Source: a virus
Lineage: Duplodnaviria > Caudoviricetes
Length of the DNA: 64,000 nucleotides
IMG/VR virus record: IMGVR_UViG_3300035520_001075
Coordinates: 93,484-157,483 of that record
Direction: 5' to 3' (one strand)
A program made the position numbers and the translations under genes. Shown here one piece after another: positions 1 through 11,191 of the stretch (within the stretch, counting starts at the first letter, position 1; every line of letters begins with the position of its first letter). The notes beneath the pieces were generated by a model. The model had not been told where the DNA came from, searched no databases, and saw only the letters and a program-made list of their open reading frames with translations.

Positions 1-430
1 CTACCTTTTTGACGATTAAGATTACGTTGAGATTCATAACCGCTTACGAGTTATTAGGCATACTAAATATTTAATCTTAATAGAAAATAAATGTACCCTC
101 AAATACAGAGTAAGAATTGTTCTCAAATTCTTAAACGAGTAGATTTACGCTGCAAGGCTTACCAAACCATAAAGACGTAGAAAAACAGAGCCTATCATCT
201 CGACAGTCCCTGTTTCCCTTTTTGATATCGCAGTGTCTTTTACAGTGTCATCACTGCGTTAAGGTATAATCTAACTTTAATCTCCACAGAGAGTTGAACA
301 TTGACCTTAAATTTGAATGTACAGTGGTATAATCCTTTTGTTATATCAGTTCCATTCTATTCAATTGTTAGCCGTAATTTACGGAGATAATCAGGTTTTA
401 ATAACCAGAAATGAGTTTTTCTCATTTATT
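1..430 (-). ncRNA. Putative structured non-coding RNA, runs off the window edge
   Basis: Downstream of a minus-strand TTGACT/TGnTATAAT promoter (~435-465). No ORF with an RBS. Several hairpins on the minus strand: CGCAGTG..CACTGCG, GAAACAGGG..CTCTGTTTT, ATTAAGATTA..TAATCTTAAT, CCGTAA-A-TTACGG. Confidence 0.35.
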
Positions 431-470
431 ATAATAATTATAACACATTTTTATTTAAAAGTCAAGTAGT

Positions 471-1025
471 TTAGTATAATGACTTGGCGGCCGCAGCAGT
501 TTTAATTACAGAATAGATTTCTTCCCAATCATTACATCTATGAATAGAGGGGTCAATAACATTCTTATTCCACGGATAAGCAAGACAAATTTTTAATGGT
601 TGAGTTGTACTAAAATTGGATAAGCAATCATCTATTAAAGCATCACCAATGACCATACTTTTATCATAACAAACAATCAGATGCTTTCTTATATCCATAT
701 AAGGGAAAATTCTTTGGAGATAAGATTCTTTTTTAGGAGCATTCTTCATTTCTGTTTTAGTACAAAAATAAATTTCGTGTCCATCATTAAATAATTTTGC
801 CATATATTTCTGAACATTTGGTACTAATTTCATTCTATTCCATGTTCTTTTATCAAGAAAATAATGATAGAATGTTTCCTTATACTGCGGCTTGACAAAA
901 TTTTCGATATTATACTTAGTAATTTTATCTACAGTAAGATTATCTTCACTATCTTCATTATAAACATCTAATACTGCTGTAGTTAAGTCTCCTACTACAT
1001 TATCAACATCACATAAAATTCTCAT
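471..1025 (-). CDS. 5'(3')-deoxyribonucleotidase (NT5C/HAD family)
   Basis: N-terminal DVDNVV HAD motif, LIDD motif and C-terminal PWN, typical of NT5C. Confidence 0.8.
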   Translation of the reverse strand: MRILCDVDNVVGDLTTAVLDVYNEDSEDNLTVDKITKYNIENFVKPQYKETFYHYFLDKRTWNRMKLVPNVQKYMAKLFNDGHEIYFCTKTEMKNAPKKESYLQRIFPYMDIRKHLIVCYDKSMVIGDALIDDCLSNFSTTQPLKICLAYPWNKNVIDPSIHRCNDWEEIYSVIKTAAAAKSLY

Positions 1026-1574
1026 TTAGTCCTCCCATCTTAGCCTAATAATACTACAATTTCTCATTTTTCCATCTACATATCTTTTTGATTCTACTAC
1101 ATCAAAGCCTTTAGAGATAATTTCTTTTTTGACAGTATTCCATTTTAAGATATTGCCTCTTTTATCTTTGATTTTAAAGAATTGACTTAATTGGTCTTTA
1201 TCTTCTTTAAATAATGGCTTTTCAAGTAAAGAAGTTATCATTCTAATAATTTCTTTTTTGGAAGGCGGCAAAGCCTTTTTTGAGTCAAAAATATTCTGGG
1301 CGGCCGCTATCTTATTATAGCCATTATTAATAGTATCGTACTTTTCAATATAATATTTTTCTTTATCACTTAGCTCTTCTTCTTCACATAATTCTATAAT
1401 AGAAAAAGTAAAGTTATTAGAATTGTGATAAAGATTAAAATGGAATTCGTCATCAATAGAAGTAGAATATTTACCTTGTTCTAAATGCTCATTCCATCTA
1501 CGAAAAATATCAATTGATTTTCCAATATACTTCTTTTGAGTAGTTTTATTTTCTATACAATAAATACCAATCAT
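1026..1574 (-). CDS. GIY-YIG endonuclease
   Basis: GIYCIEN...YIGKS...R..EH...E..YI...GYN motif. Confidence 0.85.
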   Translation of the reverse strand: MIGIYCIENKTTQKKYIGKSIDIFRRWNEHLEQGKYSTSIDDEFHFNLYHNSNNFTFSIIELCEEEELSDKEKYYIEKYDTINNGYNKIAAAQNIFDSKKALPPSKKEIIRMITSLLEKPLFKEDKDQLSQFFKIKDKRGNILKWNTVKKEIISKGFDVVESKRYVDGKMRNCSIIRLRWED

Positions 1575-1641
1575 TTTTATTGTCCTTTCTTAACTTACTA
1601 TAATAATTATAACATTAATTATAAAAAAAGTCAAAACTTTT

Positions 1642-2154
1642 TCAGTTTTGACCTTTAATAAACAATTCATAAAATGTTGTAGCTTCTTCTTTTAATTCTT
1701 CAATGCCTTGTGTATTATCAATTTCAATATCATAGCCGCCTTCTCTAACATTATCATCAGCTCTATTACCATAGGATTGTTCTTCTACATCTCTTTTAAT
1801 AGTAAGAGTTAAAGCATTATAGTCTTTAGATAGTCTTTCAATGTCTTTATCTTCTCTACAATCTACAAAAACCGCTTTAGAGCCTAATTTTCTATGTTGT
1901 TCTATTTTAGATATCAATTCTCTATAAGGGTAATCATTCCATTCTTCTAAAACATCTTTTAGGTCTGCAAGCATTTTTCTATCATTAGCATCTTTTTTCC
2001 CATTCCAACCAGCAAATAGTGCTACATCTTTAATACTATCAACAATAGAAAGAACTCCCACATCATCTCCATTATTGGCGGCTGCCTCTCTGACAAAGGA
2101 CTCAAAAAGAGTTTTTCCTGTTGTTGGTTTTGAATTTACTATAAATACTTTCAT
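1642..2154 (-). CDS. Deoxynucleoside monophosphate kinase-like P-loop protein
   Basis: Degenerate P-loop (SKPTTGKT), DCR motif and YDIEIDN, as in phage dNMP kinases. Confidence 0.6.
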   Translation of the reverse strand: MKVFIVNSKPTTGKTLFESFVREAAANNGDDVGVLSIVDSIKDVALFAGWNGKKDANDRKMLADLKDVLEEWNDYPYRELISKIEQHRKLGSKAVFVDCREDKDIERLSKDYNALTLTIKRDVEEQSYGNRADDNVREGGYDIEIDNTQGIEELKEEATTFYELFIKGQN

Positions 2155-3140
2155 TCAAAAATTTCCTCCTCTAATTCTACAAATTTTCCATCTATATATT
2201 TATAAGGACGTTTAATGACTTTATCATCTTTCCAATGAACTTCTATAATTTCATTTCCCCATCTTTCGGCTAAATATTTAGGTATGCTTAAATCATTATA
2301 ATTGTAATATTCCAATTTTGGTATATTTGTTTTATTCTTCAAATATAAAGGAAAATAGCTCTTACTGATGATTTCTGGCTCTTCTAAACTGTCATACCAC
2401 ATATAGAATATCATATCATTTAAGTCTTGCACTTTTTGAGCAATTTTTTTATCAATCTCAAAATTATTTTCCCAAAAAACAACGTAAATTTTTTTCTCTG
2501 TATGCCAAGTATAGCCGAAACTTTTTATTTCTTCTGAGAGTTCCATTTTATTACAGAAATTAATAATCTTATTCTTAATTTCCAAAATATCTCCATTATT
2601 ATATCTCTTAGTAATATCCTTACTATATTTAATATAACCAATATGATAAAATAATTGGGCCATACTAATTTCATCAGGGGTAAAATTCTTCATTGGATAT
2701 AGCATATCACATGGGAATTTATTAAAAACTTTATTACTTGCAAACACTTTATAGATAGGATTAAAACAAGATATATAAACAATTTTATAACCACAATTTT
2801 TTATATATTTCTTTATTTTAGATAAAGGAATAAATTTTTCTCCTTTTTCTAAATATTTTTTAGTCTTACTCTTTTTTCCATATAAAAATAAATTCATTTT
2901 ACTTAAAGAAGCAAGATTTTTTAAAATCCTATAAGTAATTACACTTAATAAATCATCTTGATATTCCAAAATAAAGATTTTATTTTCAATATCTTTATTA
3001 TATTTTTCAAGAAAATTATTAATAAAACTTGCTATAATTTGATTTGTTTGAGCTTCTAAATTCATACTATCAATTTGATAATCTAAATTTAAGCAATAAT
3101 GTCTTAATTTCCATTCAGTAATTTTTTTTATATTATCCAT
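2151..3140 (-). CDS. Hypothetical protein
   Basis: 329-aa ORF with GAGG RBS and its own promoter. Confidence 0.7.
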   Translation of the reverse strand: MDNIKKITEWKLRHYCLNLDYQIDSMNLEAQTNQIIASFINNFLEKYNKDIENKIFILEYQDDLLSVITYRILKNLASLSKMNLFLYGKKSKTKKYLEKGEKFIPLSKIKKYIKNCGYKIVYISCFNPIYKVFASNKVFNKFPCDMLYPMKNFTPDEISMAQLFYHIGYIKYSKDITKRYNNGDILEIKNKIINFCNKMELSEEIKSFGYTWHTEKKIYVVFWENNFEIDKKIAQKVQDLNDMIFYMWYDSLEEPEIISKSYFPLYLKNKTNIPKLEYYNYNDLSIPKYLAERWGNEIIEVHWKDDKVIKRPYKYIDGKFVELEEEIFE

Positions 3141-3281
3141 AGTCTTTAGACCTCCTCATCATTTCTTATTATAAGTATAACATGAATTTTTAAGAAAGTC
3201 AAGTATTTCGATTATAATATTAATCTACTTGACTTTTTTAGAATATTGTGTTATAATAATATTATAGGAGATGATGAGAAA

Positions 3282-3545
3282 ATGGAATGGAAAACAATTA
3301 AATGTACAATTACAACTGATATATTTAATCGTATAGCTACCAATTTCAATTATAAAATAAATGAATTAAAAAGTACAATTTTTATAGTAAGTGATGATAG
3401 ATTAGCTAATGCTAAAAGTTTATTAGGTCTATTATCTTTACAGTTAAGAACAGGAGATATTATTGAAATAAGATTTGATGATAGTGAGGAAACAAGTAAA
3501 ATAAAAGAAATAATTTCTGAAATAGCAGAAATAAAGGAGGGATAA
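3282..3545 (+). CDS. HPr-like (PTS phosphocarrier fold) protein
   Basis: ANAKSLLGLLSL resembles the HPr Ser46 motif; no His15 equivalent. Start moved to ATG 3282 after AGGAG. Confidence 0.6.
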   Translation: MEWKTIKCTITTDIFNRIATNFNYKINELKSTIFIVSDDRLANAKSLLGLLSLQLRTGDIIEIRFDDSEETSKIKEIISEIAEIKEG

Positions 3546-3550
3546 AATAA

Positions 3551-3835
3551 ATGAACTATAGAATGTATAGTGGCGGCGCACCGTCAGGTAAAAACGTTGT
3601 TGAATTAATCAAGGAAGATTTAAAGAAAATTGGTTATAATCAAGAACCATTCTATCTTGATTTTATAGGTTTTGAAGGTTCAACAGGTACAGAATTTACA
3701 ATTAATAAAGATAATACTTTAAAAATTCCTAAGTGTGGATATTTTATTACTCCATACACTACAGAAAGACATGAGAGAATTAATTCTTTAATTTTTACAA
3801 GTGCTTTTACTGGTAATATTTACTATATAATCTAA
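3551..3835 (+). CDS. Hypothetical protein
   Basis: GGAGG RBS; co-oriented with the structural module. Confidence 0.7.
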   Translation: MNYRMYSGGAPSGKNVVELIKEDLKKIGYNQEPFYLDFIGFEGSTGTEFTINKDNTLKIPKCGYFITPYTTERHERINSLIFTSAFTGNIYYII

Positions 3836-3853
3836 TAAACAAGAGGTGATAAT

Positions 3854-5635
3854 ATGACTTTCTTTAATCCTTTTGTAGGCTCTTCAAGTGGCTCTGGAGG
3901 TTCTTCTGGCGGCAGCTCTGGTGCAGATGGAAAATCTGCTTATGAGATTGCTGTTGATAATGGATTTTCAGGCACACAGGCTGAATGGCTTGCTTCTTTA
4001 AAGGGTGCTGATGGTAAGGACGGTACTAACGGAAAAGATGGAAAAGATGGTACTAACGGTACTAATGGTGAAGATGGCGTTGGAATTTCATCAATTAATT
4101 TCGTTTCCAGTACTGGCGGCACAACAGCAGGAATAGCAGGAGCAGCAGATACCTATGAAATTGTGATGACAGATGGAACAAAGACTACTTTTACAGTTGT
4201 AAATGGTAATGATTCTTCTGTTCTCTTAGGTGTTGATGATTTCGATACATACCTTAGAGTTTCCTATGATGAAGGAAAAACTTGGACAAATCTCATCTCA
4301 CTTGATTCTTTAAAAGGAAAAGACGGTGAGCAAGGGGTAGACGGCACAACTCCTTTACTGAGAGAAAACGGCGACAACATTGAAGTTAGCTATAATAATG
4401 GAAGCACTTGGAAAACTCTTTTCTCACTTAGCTCTTTAAAAGGCGAACAGGGTGAAAAAGGTGAACAGGGTGAAACTGGTGCAGATGGTGTCTCAATTAC
4501 AGGTGCTACAGTTAATTCAGATGGCGATTTGATTATAACTTTCTCAACAGGAACAACTACAAATGCAGGAACAGTTAAGGGTGCAGATGGAACTTCTGTT
4601 AAAATAAAAGCTTCAGAAGACGAATGTACAGATGCAGGCGATGGATATATAGACGAAAACGGACATCTTCAAATTAAAGCCGAATCTGGCGAATTTGTTG
4701 ATGCTGGAGCTATCAAAGGCCCAGCAGGTCGTGGAGTTTCACAGATTTATATCTCAGATGATGGACATTTATATGTGCTTTATGATGATTCTGATACTGC
4801 GGAAGATTTAGGTAAGGTAGTAGGTGAAGATGGAGAAGACGGTTATTCTCCAACAATTGAAATATTTAAGCAGGCAGGCGTTTGGAGAATTAATGAATCA
4901 AAAGCCCCATTAGCTTATTTTGAAATTGATGGTGATACTACTACAAAACCAACAGAATTTGATTTGACAGGACTTGCTACTATTAGTTTTATAAATTGGT
5001 GGCAGAATGGTTCAGACGATACTTATCCAGTTCAAATAATTTTCTATAAGAATGACGTTGCTATAGAAACTTTTGACGTTGATATGGAGCTGGAAGTTGA
5101 ATATAAATATGAAGTTGAAAATTATGATAAGGTTGTTTTGAAAACCACTGGTAGTGATTACGCAACAGGTCAGATTATTTATAATGATGAAACAGCTGAA
5201 TCTGGTTATTTCCTTAAGATTACTTATAAAGATGGCGATACTATAAAATCATATTTAACTGAGAGTATTAGGGGTTCTAAGGGTCTTGACGGTAAAGACG
5301 CTTATGAAACTTGGCTTAGTTTAGGTAATGAGGGTACGGAAGAAGAATTCATTGCTTATCTTAGAAATAACTTAATTGTTATTGAAACAGTACTTCAAGC
5401 TTCTAAATGGAATGAGGCAGGACTTTATACAATAACAAATACTAATATAAAGGCTGATAGCGTAATTCACATCGGGCCGCAGGAAGATATAAGCGAAGAA
5501 CTTTATGACATTGCCGCCGAAGCAAAAATTATTTGTCAGTCGCAAGAAGATAATAAAATTGTATTGAAAGCATATGGCCCTGTTCCTGAAACAGACATAC
5601 CAATTTATATTTCAATCGAAGATATTACAAAATAA
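3854..5635 (+). CDS. Collagen-like repeat virion/tail-fibre protein
   Basis: G-X-Y repeats (GADGKDGTNG, GEQGEKGEQG) and GKSAYEIAV..GF.GT..EWLASL repeats typical of phage fibres. Confidence 0.7.
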   Translation: MTFFNPFVGSSSGSGGSSGGSSGADGKSAYEIAVDNGFSGTQAEWLASLKGADGKDGTNGKDGKDGTNGTNGEDGVGISSINFVSSTGGTTAGIAGAADTYEIVMTDGTKTTFTVVNGNDSSVLLGVDDFDTYLRVSYDEGKTWTNLISLDSLKGKDGEQGVDGTTPLLRENGDNIEVSYNNGSTWKTLFSLSSLKGEQGEKGEQGETGADGVSITGATVNSDGDLIITFSTGTTTNAGTVKGADGTSVKIKASEDECTDAGDGYIDENGHLQIKAESGEFVDAGAIKGPAGRGVSQIYISDDGHLYVLYDDSDTAEDLGKVVGEDGEDGYSPTIEIFKQAGVWRINESKAPLAYFEIDGDTTTKPTEFDLTGLATISFINWWQNGSDDTYPVQIIFYKNDVAIETFDVDMELEVEYKYEVENYDKVVLKTTGSDYATGQIIYNDETAESGYFLKITYKDGDTIKSYLTESIRGSKGLDGKDAYETWLSLGNEGTEEEFIAYLRNNLIVIETVLQASKWNEAGLYTITNTNIKADSVIHIGPQEDISEELYDIAAEAKIICQSQEDNKIVLKAYGPVPETDIPIYISIEDITK

Positions 5636-5652
5636 AAGAGGTGATTAATTAA

Positions 5653-7653
5653 ATGGCAGTTTTTATAGATTTTCCTTCTGGAACAGGAAATACAGGAGAA
5701 AAAGGCGAAAAGGGTGATAAGGGCGATACTTTATACTCTGTAAAATTTGATACAGTACTTGCCGCAAGTGATTGGTCATCTGACGGAACTTATAAAATTA
5801 CTTCTAATGAAATTGATGCAGATAGCTTAGTTGACATTGGACTACAGCAGACAATTACAGAAACTCAGATAGATAGTTTCTTAGCAGGAAAAATTGTAGC
5901 CACAGACCAAGGCGATGGCTATATTACTTTGACTGCTTACGACGATGTTCCTACTGAGGATATACCAATTACTGTTGTTATTGAAGGCAGTCAGTTAGAA
6001 ACAAAAGTTGTTGAAAAAGTAAGCGGCGGCGAAACAGATTATGGTACTATTGCAGTAAGTAATGACAATGAGATTACTATTTCTACAGCAATTGGTAAAA
6101 AGCATACATACACTTTTGAGACAACTCCTCCAGAGAATCCTACTACTACATATTCTATTGTACACAGAAATCATGTCGGCGAAGTTTTTAATTATGGCGA
6201 CAAATGCTATGATTATTATGAAGTTTTTAATGCGGACGGAACTGCACATACTGATGGAATTTTTGGCGGCCCAATCATAACTGGTACAAGTAAACCTTCT
6301 GCCAATGGAGCTTTTAGTCATGCAGAAGGATATAACTCTACAGCAGATGGAAATTATTCTCATTCTCAGAACCAATGGACAATTGCATCGAGCGATGCTT
6401 AGACAACAATGGGTAAATTTAATGTAGAAGATACTAACGATACTTATGCTTTAATAATAGGTAATGGTTCTTCTAATTCAAATCGTAGTAATTTATTTGC
6501 AATAGGTTGGGATAGCAAACTCTACGTTAACGATTCTTCTGGAAACTTTGTAGGTATTGATATAACCCAATTATCCTCAAGCTCTGAAGGCTCTGGTTCA
6601 ACCGTTTCTTGGGCTGGCACAACAACCTCAGGCGAAGAAATTGGTAAATTGACAGTAGATGGAACAACTTACACTCTCTATTCTTCAACCGCAGACGAAA
6701 AAGTTAAGAATATTCCAAGTACCACAACTAAAGCTTATTTAACAGGCACAAGTAGCACAACCCAGAATACTGGTTATCAATACTTTGATACTAACGTTTA
6801 TATTGGTGAAGAGTCAGGCTCTCTCTATGCAACAACATTTTATGGAGCTTTGGACGGCAATGCTTCTACTTCGACAACATCAACTTATGCAACAGGCGTA
6901 AAAGTTGTTGAAACAAATCCAACATCAATTTCATACTACTATCCATATTGGGGTTCAGAAACCACTACAACTGGAACTTCTGGAGCAACACTTAGAGATA
7001 ATAGCGGCTTTAAATATGCAACAAGAACAGGTACTACAAAACAGAATGGTTTATCTCAGATAATAGTTGGTAATTCCGTTAAATCAGGTACAGCAGGCAA
7101 TGCGGAAGGTGCTATAGCTATTTATGGTTCAAGTTCAGGCTATAATTCACTAAGTACTAACAATTCTTCTACAACAAATTATAATAACTATTTACCAGCA
7201 GAGTCGGGAACTTTAGCTCTTTCGACCTCAACACAGGTTATTGAACTTGTTTCTGGAAAGGAAACTTTAATTGTTAATGGTCCAGTCGTCACGGTTATTT
7301 TTAACAACCTTTATCTTTCAGAATATGTTGCAATTGGTTCAGAGTATTTACCAACAACAGACGTAAGTTTCTTACTCCAGACTACTAATAGTGATACTGG
7401 TTATTATGAAATAGATGATAAATCAACAACTCGTGGATATGTAAGTCTTTTTGAGCCTGCATATGGAACTATTACTTCTTCTGGTTTATCTGATATTATT
7501 AGAATAGACCAATCAGTCACGGCACCACTTGATTCAGAAATAATTTGGTCAGCAGGCGGATTAACTTCTACTCTATTAAAATCTCATTTCTCAGAAAACA
7601 ATAAAGTAAGAATTACTGGTTCAGTGACTTACGTTAGAAATTATACAACATAA
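5653..7653 (+). CDS. Tail fibre/adhesin protein, 666 aa, TAG readthrough at 6400
   Basis: ORFs 5653-6402 and 6409-7653 are in frame. TAG=Q gives ASSDAQTTMGKFN, following SHAEG YadA-like head repeats. Confidence 0.75.
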
Positions 7654-7668
7654 GCGAGGTGAATAAAA

Positions 7669-9312
7669 TTGGCAGTATTAATACATCAACCATATAATAA
7701 AACTGTTATTATAGGGGAAGGCGGCATTGATACATCAGATGCAACTGCAACTGCCGCCGACATAAAAAGTGGCTTGACGGCTTATGTTAATAATGAGAAA
7801 ATTACTGGTTCTGCTTATACTATAAATCAAGAAGTTAGTATTACTCCAAGTACAGATGACCATTATCTTGTTAGCGGATTTTATAATGGAATTGCAATCC
7901 CAGGCGATGAGGATTTAGTAGCAGAAAATATTAAAGAAGGAGTAGAAATCTTTGGTATTACTGGTACTTTGGTTGAGAAAGGAGAAAACGATATTGATAC
8001 AACAGATGCAACCGCCACAGCAGACGATATTTTACTTAATAAAACCGCTTATGTAAATGGAGAAAAGCTAACTGGTACAATTTTATCACAGGAAGAACAG
8101 ACCATTGTTCCTTCTACAATTGATAAAACGATTAGTTCAGGAATTTACATAGCAGGCAAACAGACAATTAAAGGCGACGAAGATTTAATTGCAGAAAATA
8201 TCAAAGCAGGGGTTAGCATTTTTGACGTAGATGGTACTTTTACTTCTGATGGAAATATTACAGAATACGATATTCCAGAGGGTAAAATTGGTTATGCAAA
8301 TGGAGAAAAAATTATTGGTACTGCTTTAACAATTGAAGATGAATTAATTATAACTCCAACCACTTATCCTTTTTATGTTGAAGAAGGAACTTTTGTTCAG
8401 ACTGGTATAACAGTAAAGGGTAGTGAAAACCTTCTTGCAGAAAATATTAAAGAAGGGGTCGAAATTTTTGATGTTGTGGGTACTTATTCTCCAGAAGTTA
8501 GTATTGAAATTACTGACGCAACAGCAACTTCCGCAGATATTTTAGAAGGTAAAATTGCTTATAATAATGATGGTAAGGTTATTGGTACTATGGCTTCTTT
8601 AGAAGAGACCATTTACACTCCAACCACTTCCAATCTTGTAATTGATTCTGGCGTTTATCTTGCTGGAGACCAGATTATTGAGGGAGATGAGAATTTAGTT
8701 GCTGATAATATTAAATCAGGAATAACAATTTTTGGAATTACTGGTACTTATGAAGGCAGTGGCGGAGAAAGCGAAGAATCTTCTGAACTTGTTTTGTTTG
8801 ATTCTGTTGATAGCACTTCAACTGATGATATTGTGAATAAGTATAGTGATTCAATCTATGTTTTCTCTGACTCAAAAGATGATTTCACTCCAATTCAAGC
8901 ATATGATTATAATGATACAACTCCTAATGTGATTTATAATAGTAGCTATGGTGCTGGTATTAATATGAATAAATTATCTATTGGTGCAGGATTTATAAAC
9001 GATACTCCTATTACAATTAAAAAGAGTACCGCTCTTTTAAAAAGAATGCATTATGTATCAACTTGGATTAATCCAACCGTCACGCTTTCCCTTATTGAAG
9101 CTTCTTCGTTTGCAGAAGCTCAGGAAAAAGTAGCTAATTCTGACTATACCATTACTACAACAATAACATTAGCCAATGTAAATAATAATGCTTATAGCTT
9201 TACTCAGTTAGAAAATTTACCAGTTGGAACATTTTATCCAGTAGTACAATGTGCTGAAAAGGCGGCAGGCAATGAAGCATTGATTAAATACTTAGGATTA
9301 ATATTTATATAA
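7669..9312 (+). CDS. Repeat-containing tail-associated protein
   Basis: Four repeats of approximately DATATAxDIxxGKxAYVNGEKIxG...LVAENIKxGVxIF. Confidence 0.65.
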   Translation: MAVLIHQPYNKTVIIGEGGIDTSDATATAADIKSGLTAYVNNEKITGSAYTINQEVSITPSTDDHYLVSGFYNGIAIPGDEDLVAENIKEGVEIFGITGTLVEKGENDIDTTDATATADDILLNKTAYVNGEKLTGTILSQEEQTIVPSTIDKTISSGIYIAGKQTIKGDEDLIAENIKAGVSIFDVDGTFTSDGNITEYDIPEGKIGYANGEKIIGTALTIEDELIITPTTYPFYVEEGTFVQTGITVKGSENLLAENIKEGVEIFDVVGTYSPEVSIEITDATATSADILEGKIAYNNDGKVIGTMASLEETIYTPTTSNLVIDSGVYLAGDQIIEGDENLVADNIKSGITIFGITGTYEGSGGESEESSELVLFDSVDSTSTDDIVNKYSDSIYVFSDSKDDFTPIQAYDYNDTTPNVIYNSSYGAGINMNKLSIGAGFINDTPITIKKSTALLKRMHYVSTWINPTVTLSLIEASSFAEAQEKVANSDYTITTTITLANVNNNAYSFTQLENLPVGTFYPVVQCAEKAAGNEALIKYLGLIFI

Positions 9313-9326
9313 AGAGGTGAATTAGA

Positions 9327-10136
9327 ATGAGAATGATGTCTACTACTTCTGTTGAAGCTTATGAAACCGCTTTAATAAAGGACAATATTTATAAGGTTAA
9401 ATTGAGAACAAATATAGAGCAGAAAATAAATGGATATTTCTACTATAACGAGTATTCTCTTATAACTGAATTAGATGATATAAGCGTTTTAGATGATATA
9501 GATACTTTTAATAAATATCTCGAGGCCGCACAGTTAGAGGAAGAGGCTAAGAATAAAGAAAAGAAAATCAAAAATTTAAAACAGAATCTTGAAAATACTG
9601 ATTATCAGGTTATCAAGAGCTTAGAAAATTATTCTTTAGGTTTAACTCTTCCATATGATTACTCTGCTTTGATTACTAAACGTCAGGAAATTAGAGACAA
9701 TATTAATAATCTTGAAAGTGAAACTGATGAAATAGATGAATTATCACAAATTCAGCAACGTAAAATTAATGAAATGTGTTCAATTTGTCAAACTACAATT
9801 ACAAACGGCATTGACTATAACGATGAACATTATCGTCTTAATACCACAGATCAGATTAATTTAACTTCTCTCTATGCTCTTGCTCAGGTTGGTCAATCAG
9901 TTCCTTATCACGCAGATAGTCAGGTTTGTAGAATTTACACTCCAGAAGAAATGATTGGCTTAGTCCAGACGGCAACAAGCTGGATTACTTACCACACTAC
10001 TTATTATAATCTTTTAAAAAATCAAATTCTTGCAATGGACAATATTGATGAAATTAAATCAGTTGTATACGGAATGGAATTAAAGGAGGAATATCAGAGT
10101 ATCATTAATTTGATAGTGAATAGCAATGCTCAGTAA
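9327..10136 (+). CDS. Tail-fibre assembly/chaperone-like protein (DUF4376-like C-terminus)
   Basis: L.NTDYQVIK...RQEIRDNIN and DQINL...YHAD motifs; located after the fibre genes. Confidence 0.5.
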   Translation: MRMMSTTSVEAYETALIKDNIYKVKLRTNIEQKINGYFYYNEYSLITELDDISVLDDIDTFNKYLEAAQLEEEAKNKEKKIKNLKQNLENTDYQVIKSLENYSLGLTLPYDYSALITKRQEIRDNINNLESETDEIDELSQIQQRKINEMCSICQTTITNGIDYNDEHYRLNTTDQINLTSLYALAQVGQSVPYHADSQVCRIYTPEEMIGLVQTATSWITYHTTYYNLLKNQILAMDNIDEIKSVVYGMELKEEYQSIINLIVNSNAQ

Positions 10137-10584
10137 ACTAAAAAGTATTGTTAAATATTTGTTCCTTTTTCTTGTTGGCGGCTCTGCTTATGTCGGGACA
10201 GAGCTGCTTTACAGGGGTTATTCTCATTGGACTATGTTTATAGTCGGCGGCCTTTGCTTTATTTGTGTTGGTTTAATTAATAATATCTTTTCTTGGAATA
10301 TATTACTTGAACTTTAGGCATTATTTGGGTCGTTGATTATAACATTATTAGAGCTAATTAGTGGAATAATTATTAACTTAATTTTAGGGTGGAATGTATG
10401 GGATTATAGCAATGTCCCCTTTAATTTCTTAGGATAGATTTGTCTACCATTTACATTCTATTGGTTTTTACTTAGTATATTAATTATAATCTTAGATGAT
10501 ACAATACGATATTTATTTTTCAAAGAAGAAAAGCCTCATTACAAAATTCTGTATTTTAAAATAAAAAAAGGGAACAAGATTTAA
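10126..10584 (+). CDS. Multi-TM membrane protein (ABC_trans_CmpB-like), 152 aa, TAG at 10315 and 10435
   Basis: Readthrough gives RGYSHWTMF...WNVWDYSNVPFNFLG[Q]ICLPF. The GQIC motif of this family has TAG at the Gln position. Confidence 0.8.
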
Positions 10585-10594
10585 TCTTGTTCCC
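10563..10594 (-). terminator. Intrinsic terminator between convergent genes
   Basis: GGGAACAAGAT-TTA-ATCTTGTTCCC hairpin with an adjacent A-run (U-run on the minus strand). Confidence 0.7.
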
Positions 10595-10608
10595 ATTCCA
10601 ATACTATT

Positions 10609-10794
10609 TTAATTTTTAATCGTAATATCAATTGTGCTAAGATTTTTAATATTGATATTTTCTACAGTATATGTATCATATATACTATCCTCAACTGAGA
10701 GAATTGTGGTAATGAACTCGTCATTTATATAAATATGTATTGGAATTACATTAGTAATCAATGACTTTATATTCTGTAAACTCATTTTCATCAT
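10609..10794 (-). CDS. Small hypothetical protein
   Basis: AAAGGA RBS and a TTGACT..TATAAT promoter at ~10820-10850. Confidence 0.55.
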   Translation of the reverse strand: MMKMSLQNIKSLITNVIPIHIYINDEFITTILSVEDSIYDTYTVENINIKNLSTIDITIKN

Positions 10795-10869
10795 TCCTTT
10801 CTTTTCCGATTTTCTATAATAATTATATCATAGTCTTTTTATAAAGTCAAACATTGTGAGGTGAGACCG

Positions 10870-11178
10870 ATGAAGAAAATAGAAACCTCTAAACTTTTGC
10901 TTTGCTTTGCTATTTTAATTAGTTTAGGAATTACAGTATTTAGCTGTATTATGATGGTTGTTTTTTAGACATATGAGCCATTGTGCTATCTAATTCCCTC
11001 TATTTTTACAGAATGTGCGGCGGCTACAGGATTTTATTATAATAAATCTAAGCACGAAAACAAAATTAAAATTGTCTTAGGAGCAATTTCAGAAATTAGT
11101 GAGAAAAATAATGAAGATGAATTAACTGAAAATGAAGTTAGAATCATTGAAAGTTTAAGTAATATTTTAAATGATTAA
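10870..11178 (+). CDS. Putative holin, 102 aa, TAG at 10966
   Basis: GAGGTGA RBS. MKKIETSKLLL..TM..F[Q]TYEPLCYLIPSIF.E...ATGFYYNKSKHENKIK, a 2-TM Firmicutes phage holin pattern. Lies immediately upstream of the endolysin. Confidence 0.7.
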
Positions 11179-11191
11179 GGAGGAATTTTAA

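Noticed and set aside
240-425. Short minus-strand ORF with an internal TAG starting at 425
   Set aside because: The ATG is part of the conserved promoter leader (TAAATGAGAAAA) and has no RBS.
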